Of a stretch of DNA of 64,000 nucleotides, positions 60,450 to 64,000 are shown piece after piece. The DNA comes from an uncultured virus (IMG/VR IMGVR_UViG_3300028393_000055) (taxonomy: Duplodnaviria > Heunggongvirae > Uroviricota > Caudoviricetes). The stretch lies in IMG/VR virus record IMGVR_UViG_3300028393_000055; one strand, written 5' to 3'. The translations under genes were made by a program, and so were the position numbers. The notes under the pieces were generated by a model. It was not told the origin of the DNA. It was given only the letters and a program-made list of their open reading frames with translations, and did not search any database. The number at the start of each line of letters is the position of its first letter. The stretch's first letter is position 1.

Positions 60450-61278
60450 TGTCTAACCTTTCACTTCTTTTCACTACATCATCAATCTCAAGTAAACTAT
60501 ACAACAATGCGTCGAACTTGTCAAGTGCAATCATGTTCGGTCCATCGCATGGTGCATTATTTGGATTCTCGTGGACTTCCATAAACAAACCAGCAATACC
60601 TACAGCCGTGGCTGCGCGAGCGATAAGCGGTACAAACTCACTCTGCCCACCAGAACTTGATCCATTACCACCTGGTAGCTGTACAGCATGAGTGCAATCC
60701 ATGAAGACTGGGTAACCCCAATACTTCATAATCTCAAGCGAGCGCATATCGACAACAAGGTTCTTATAGCCAAACGTGGTACCACGCTCAGTCAATATGA
60801 TTTTCTTGCAGCCGAAATACTCAAGCTTCTTGACTACGCTACCCATTTCTTCGGGTGCCATAAACTGGCCCTTCTTCACATTGACTGGCTTATGCGTTTG
60901 TGCAGCCGATTCAAGAAGGTCAGTTTGCCGACAAAGAAATGCGGGGATCTGAATAACATCAGCATTCACTGCATCGCAATGCCAGTTTTCATGTACGTCC
61001 GTGAGGACTTCAATGCCCCTACCACGGACGGCGTCTATTCCATAAAAAGCCTCGTCGAAGCCTGCACCTCTATAAGCAGTAGCGGATGTTCGATTAGCCT
61101 TATCGAAGGACGTCTTATAAATGAAGTTGATTTCTTGCCCGAATCGTTTACCAACACTATCTACGATTGATTGCAGCGACTCTGCCATAAAGATAGCATG
61201 TTTCTGAGACTCGAATGCACAAGGACCAGCAATAATACTAAGTGGTTTTGAATTGCCGCAATCATCATAGAATGACAT
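60418..61278 (-). CDS. kdsA: 3-deoxy-D-manno-octulosonate 8-phosphate synthase
   Basis: IAGPC, SFDKANRTS, QIPAFLCRQTDLL, NVKKGQF, TERG..FGY..LVVDMR, D.THAVQ.PG, CDGPN. Confidence 0.95.
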   Translation of the reverse strand: MSFYDDCGNSKPLSIIAGPCAFESQKHAIFMAESLQSIVDSVGKRFGQEINFIYKTSFDKANRTSATAYRGAGFDEAFYGIDAVRGRGIEVLTDVHENWHCDAVNADVIQIPAFLCRQTDLLESAAQTHKPVNVKKGQFMAPEEMGSVVKKLEYFGCKKIILTERGTTFGYKNLVVDMRSLEIMKYWGYPVFMDCTHAVQLPGGNGSSSGGQSEFVPLIARAATAVGIAGLFMEVHENPNNAPCDGPNMIALDKFDALLYSLLEIDDVVKRSERLDNGNLEAGNSV

Positions 61279-61445
61279 TACCGATCCTTATATCTAGCGT
61301 CGATCTCTTTTATTCGTTCATTGAGATATGAAATGATCCATCGCTTCTGTGGATCATTATCGCTCATTGAGATTAGCACATTATTCAATTCGTCTACGAA
61401 GGCTGCTTTCTTCAAAGTGTCTACTGAATAGTTGCTATCTGACAT
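61278..61445 (-). CDS. 55-aa hypothetical protein
   Basis: Not in track; MSDSNYSVDTLKKAAFVDEL...RYKDR; stop overlaps kdsA start (TAATG). Confidence 0.6.
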   Translation of the reverse strand: MSDSNYSVDTLKKAAFVDELNNVLISMSDNDPQKRWIISYLNERIKEIDARYKDR

Positions 61446-61448
61446 GGC

Positions 61449-62159
61449 TTAATCCCATAGTGAGCGATAGTATTTTCCGAAAAGCTTGAATGCGTTTCGC
61501 TTACGCTCTTCGAAGATATCATTTTCGGCACGATACTTTTCCCAGTTACCTTGCTCGTCTTCTGGTGGAACAAGCATGTCGGTAAAGCAGTTACCTTGCT
61601 CGTCTTCTGGTGGAACAAGCATGTCGGTAAAGACTTCCTGATCCATCTTCTTGACAATGCTTCTACCAAGTTCAGGAAACGGCGGTGCATCGGGATCATC
61701 GTTTGCTTCCTGATAGAAAGCCCAGATCATTTCATCAAGGATCCAGTTCCACCGATCAAAGAAAAGATCGTCGGTATCCCATTCATCTTTCTTGGGAGGA
61801 GCATTAGTTGAACGCAGATGTTCAGGCACATCCTCGTCATCGGTGAAAGGAGCACCGTGTTTGGTATCTCTCAACTGTACAAGCATAGGATGAATGATAA
61901 GTGAGAGAGTGTGATCCATTGACCAAGTATCATATGGCGCAATCTTTACGCTGATTGTACGCTTGCGCTTTTCGTGAATCCAATTACAAAAAGTACCGAA
62001 CCAAGTATCAGCAAGCCAATCACCAAACTTATCCTTGAGACGATAATCCCAACGCATATCTTCATCGTCACTCTGATGCCGCTTAGTCCAGAAGAAAATG
62101 TAATCTGTAATTTGATACGGTCCGTACCAGGTTAGATATGGTCCAATCTTGACTTTCAT
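61449..62159 (-). CDS. Hypothetical phage protein
   Basis: MKVKIGPY, YDTWSMDHTL..II.P.L..L, W.WILDEMIWAF, LFGKYY..LWD. Confidence 0.75.
   Translation of the reverse strand: MKVKIGPYLTWYGPYQITDYIFFWTKRHQSDDEDMRWDYRLKDKFGDWLADTWFGTFCNWIHEKRKRTISVKIAPYDTWSMDHTLSLIIHPMLVQLRDTKHGAPFTDDEDVPEHLRSTNAPPKKDEWDTDDLFFDRWNWILDEMIWAFYQEANDDPDAPPFPELGRSIVKKMDQEVFTDMLVPPEDEQGNCFTDMLVPPEDEQGNWEKYRAENDIFEERKRNAFKLFGKYYRSLWD
61543..61632. repeat. Perfect 45-bp tandem duplication (in frame)
   Basis: cagttaccttgctcgtcttctggtggaacaagcatgtcggtaaag at 61543-61587 and 61588-61632. Confidence 0.95.
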
Positions 62160-62162
62160 GTT

Positions 62163-62369
62163 TCACCAGTTCTCATAGTCTGTGATATCTTTCCAAAGAC
62201 CTTCGCCTTCGGATGTTTCAATTTCTGCGCGAAGACAGAAACCAATACCGGTGCTACCACCGATAAGAGTAATCTTGTGTGGCTGAGGATCCATATCTTT
62301 GATCCATTCTGTCAGAGTGGCCAATTCTGCTGGGCCAATCATAAGCTTATAGCTGCGTTCCACTTCCAT
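62163..62369 (-). CDS. Hypothetical protein
   Basis: Start moved to ATG 62369 (GGAG RBS) to avoid the tRNA; ends KDITDYENW. Confidence 0.7.
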   Translation of the reverse strand: MEVERSYKLMIGPAELATLTEWIKDMDPQPHKITLIGGSTGIGFCLRAEIETSEGEGLWKDITDYENW

Positions 62370-62384
62370 ATCATTCTCCAAAAT

Positions 62385-62460
62385 TGGCTCGGGGTGATGG
62401 GCTCGAACCACCAACACACGGATTCAAAGTCCGTAGTTCTACCAATTGAACTAACCCCGA
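62385..62460 (-). tRNA. tRNA-Gln (anticodon UUG), CCA encoded
   Basis: Acceptor TCGGGGT/ACCCCGA, anticodon arm ACGGA-CTTTGAA-TCCGT, GGTTCGAGCCC T arm, 3' GCCA. Confidence 0.93.
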
Positions 62461-62467
62461 ATAAAAA

Positions 62468-62692
62468 TCAAGCCTCGTTTAGAAGCTCAGCCGAACCACG
62501 AACCTGCTCACCGATCGGTGCAGGTGCATTGATAAACGTCATAAGCGTTTCGGCCTTCTTGATAACGTCTTGTGCTGTGGGAAATTTAGTCTGTGTCTCG
62601 CCTGTGCGCTCGCTCGCGAAGAGAAACTCTTGGTCACACATGGACTGAGCCATCTGAAGAATATTGAAGCGGAGCATCTTATCGTCGTTCAT
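62468..62692 (-). CDS. Hypothetical protein between tmRNA and tRNA
   Basis: Start moved to ATG 62692 with GAGGTG RBS; LR..IL.MA...FPT..DVI.KAE.L..FI. Confidence 0.7.
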   Translation of the reverse strand: MNDDKMLRFNILQMAQSMCDQEFLFASERTGETQTKFPTAQDVIKKAETLMTFINAPAPIGEQVRGSAELLNEA

Positions 62693-62716
62693 AATTTTCA
62701 CCTCTCTAATAGTGTT

Positions 62717-63040
62717 AGTGGGGGGATTCTGTTTCCACGTTCCCCCCGAACGCATACTTACGCTGCTAGAGCGTAAGAGATAGGTGTATTATCGTTAGCA
62801 TCTAAAACGCGCCTTGGTCTACTCGTGCCTTTACTACTATCTGTCGAACCTATATCGCCCCCATCAAAGATACACTAATCTACACAACAAGCTGGAGCAT
62901 TTATCTCTTCATGCTTTAGAACTTGTTTGGCGGTAGAACTCTTATAAAGGATCGTCTTTATTAGTGTATCCATGGTGGAGGCGTCGGGTACTGCCCCCGA
63001 GTCCAAATGGTTTATTCCGAACGTCTCAACAACCTTAGCG
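62717..63040 (-). ncRNA. ssrA: Circularly permuted (two-piece) tmRNA; tag ANDNTPISYALAA
   Basis: Acceptor piece ends TCGGG-GGCAGTA-CCCGA-CGCCTCCACCA at 62973; coding piece starts GGGGGCGATATAGGTTCGAC at 62862; G3-U70 pair; tag frame 62799-62758; outer ends approximate. Confidence 0.93.
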
Positions 63041-63043
63041 TAT

Positions 63044-63077
63044 TATTTATAATACATGGAAAGAGGGTGTTTGTCAA
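63044..63077 (-). promoter_or_regulatory. Dual promoter for tmRNA/tRNA: TTGACA-N17-TATTAT overlapping late TATAAATA
   Basis: TTGACA 63077-63072, TATTAT 63054-63049, TATAAATA 63051-63044. Confidence 0.75.
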
Positions 63078-63173
63078 GTAGATAATTTCTGGCTGATGAC
63101 TCTGACCAATTGTTGATACAGATATAGCGTGGGCAATCCCAGTACATAAACATGAACGAGGTAAAATGCTCAC

Positions 63174-63866
63174 TCATGCGAACTCCGACAAACTGGCTTT
63201 GAGCCTACGCTCGTAGCCATCGCGCACACGAACCAAATCAGCCACATAATCATTTCGCTTGCCTTCAAACACATCAAAATCGCCTTCGTCTGATACAATC
63301 AGAATGGCAAAGTCCAGCGTACGGATGCCAGTGTGCTCCTCGAACATGATGGAGTAGGCTGTGGCCTGTAGAAAATAATCGTGGATTTGGTCACGCTTTT
63401 TTTGGCGTATTGATGTTTTGAAATCAACCACAGTTGGCTTACCATTCCATTCGCAGATAAGATCGGCTGTGCCAGCAATGCGAAGAATGTCGGAATACAT
63501 TGCTGATTCTGTAGCATACACCAACTGGAGATTGGTGTCAACGCATTTCTGCACCTTGCGGAATCTTTCAACAGTCGCTGGCATCTCTTTAGCCAGATTC
63601 AAATCATCACCAAGGATATATTTTTCCATAATGTGGTGGAGTTGAGTGCCACGCTTAGCAGCTCCCTGGCTAATTTTGTTAGCCTCGTTCGCGCCCACGC
63701 GAGAGCGCCACTCTGCGATGGACTTTTTCTTTTCTGGCTGAGAAGAAAGGACAGTTGTGATGGATGGGTAGACGTTAGCCTCAGGCGTCGAATACCGACG
63801 CCCAAGGTCTGTGTTGATTTGCTTTGCTTTTGGCAAATCTATGTGCATATCAAAGTCAAATTTCAA
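63174..63866 (-). CDS. PD-(D/E)XK exonuclease
   Basis: YPSITTVLS, RGT..H...E, E, AGTADLI, VDFKTS, Y.LQ..AY. Confidence 0.9.
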   Translation of the reverse strand: MKFDFDMHIDLPKAKQINTDLGRRYSTPEANVYPSITTVLSSQPEKKKSIAEWRSRVGANEANKISQGAAKRGTQLHHIMEKYILGDDLNLAKEMPATVERFRKVQKCVDTNLQLVYATESAMYSDILRIAGTADLICEWNGKPTVVDFKTSIRQKKRDQIHDYFLQATAYSIMFEEHTGIRTLDFAILIVSDEGDFDVFEGKRNDYVADLVRVRDGYERRLKASLSEFA

Positions 63867-64000
63867 TTTATGATGCCTCGCTCTTCCAGATTGATTCGTG
63901 TAATTATATAGTCTTTCACGAAGCCCGAGCGGACGATATCACCTTTCTCAAACTTTACAATTTCAAAGGACTTCATGTGGTCTGCAATCTTCAAAAGATT
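63863..64000 (-). CDS. phoH: PhoH-family protein, 3' end only
   Basis: Reverse strand reads ...MKSFEIVKFEKGDIVRSGFVKDYIITRINLEERGIIN*; DIVRSG motif and phoH-exonuclease synteny of T4-like phages. Confidence 0.8.
   Translation of the reverse strand, partial: NLLKIADHMKSFEIVKFEKGDIVRSGFVKDYIITRINLEERGIIN

Noticed and set aside
61543..61632. CRISPR array
   Set aside because: Two adjacent copies with no spacer, inside a coding frame; no array seen elsewhere
62370..62755. Long N-termini of track ORFs 62163..62417 and 62468..62755
   Set aside because: They overlap the tRNA and tmRNA; downstream ATGs with good RBS are more plausible
63043..63177. 44-aa minus-strand ORF (MSEHFTSF...) overlapping the exonuclease stop
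   Set aside because: Runs through the tmRNA promoter and has no recognisable motif; possible but unsupported
63174..63866. Cas4 as part of a CRISPR system
   Set aside because: No Fe-S cysteine cluster, no cas neighbours; typical phage exonuclease next to phoH
1..64000. Stop-codon reassignment
   Set aside because: Core genes are full length in the standard code and TAA, TGA and TAG all end genes; the gp5 split has proper restart signals

Overview
This window is a T4-like myophage genome segment (cyanophage/phiM12-style gene set), mostly on the minus strand. It holds the virion morphogenesis core (portal gp20, gp19-gp13, VrlC-like protein, baseplate gp8/7/6/25/5/53/48, gp4/gp2/gp26/gp51, two tape-measure-like genes), then gp32/gp59/gp33, kdsA, tRNA-Gln, a tmRNA, an exonuclease and the end of phoH. 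The circularly permuted two-piece tmRNA with a GGCAGUA T-loop points to an alphaproteobacterial host. Main non-routine observations: (1) a 7.6 kb enzyme island between the gp38-like adhesin gene and neck gene 13, with three PP-loop ATP pyrophosphatases, two 2OG-Fe(II) oxygenases, a fatty-acid hydroxylase and two orphan TctC binding proteins, a candidate virion- or metabolite-tailoring system; (2) the permuted tmRNA under a dual promoter; (3) a T8 slippery site that could fuse gp26 and gp51 by -1 frameshift; (4) gp5 split into separate ORFs around an Ig-like gene; (5) a perfect sigma70 promoter pointing antisense into the baseplate operon; (6) a fibre-gene island directly after the portal gene. 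All calls come from motif recognition and synteny by eye; no searches were run.
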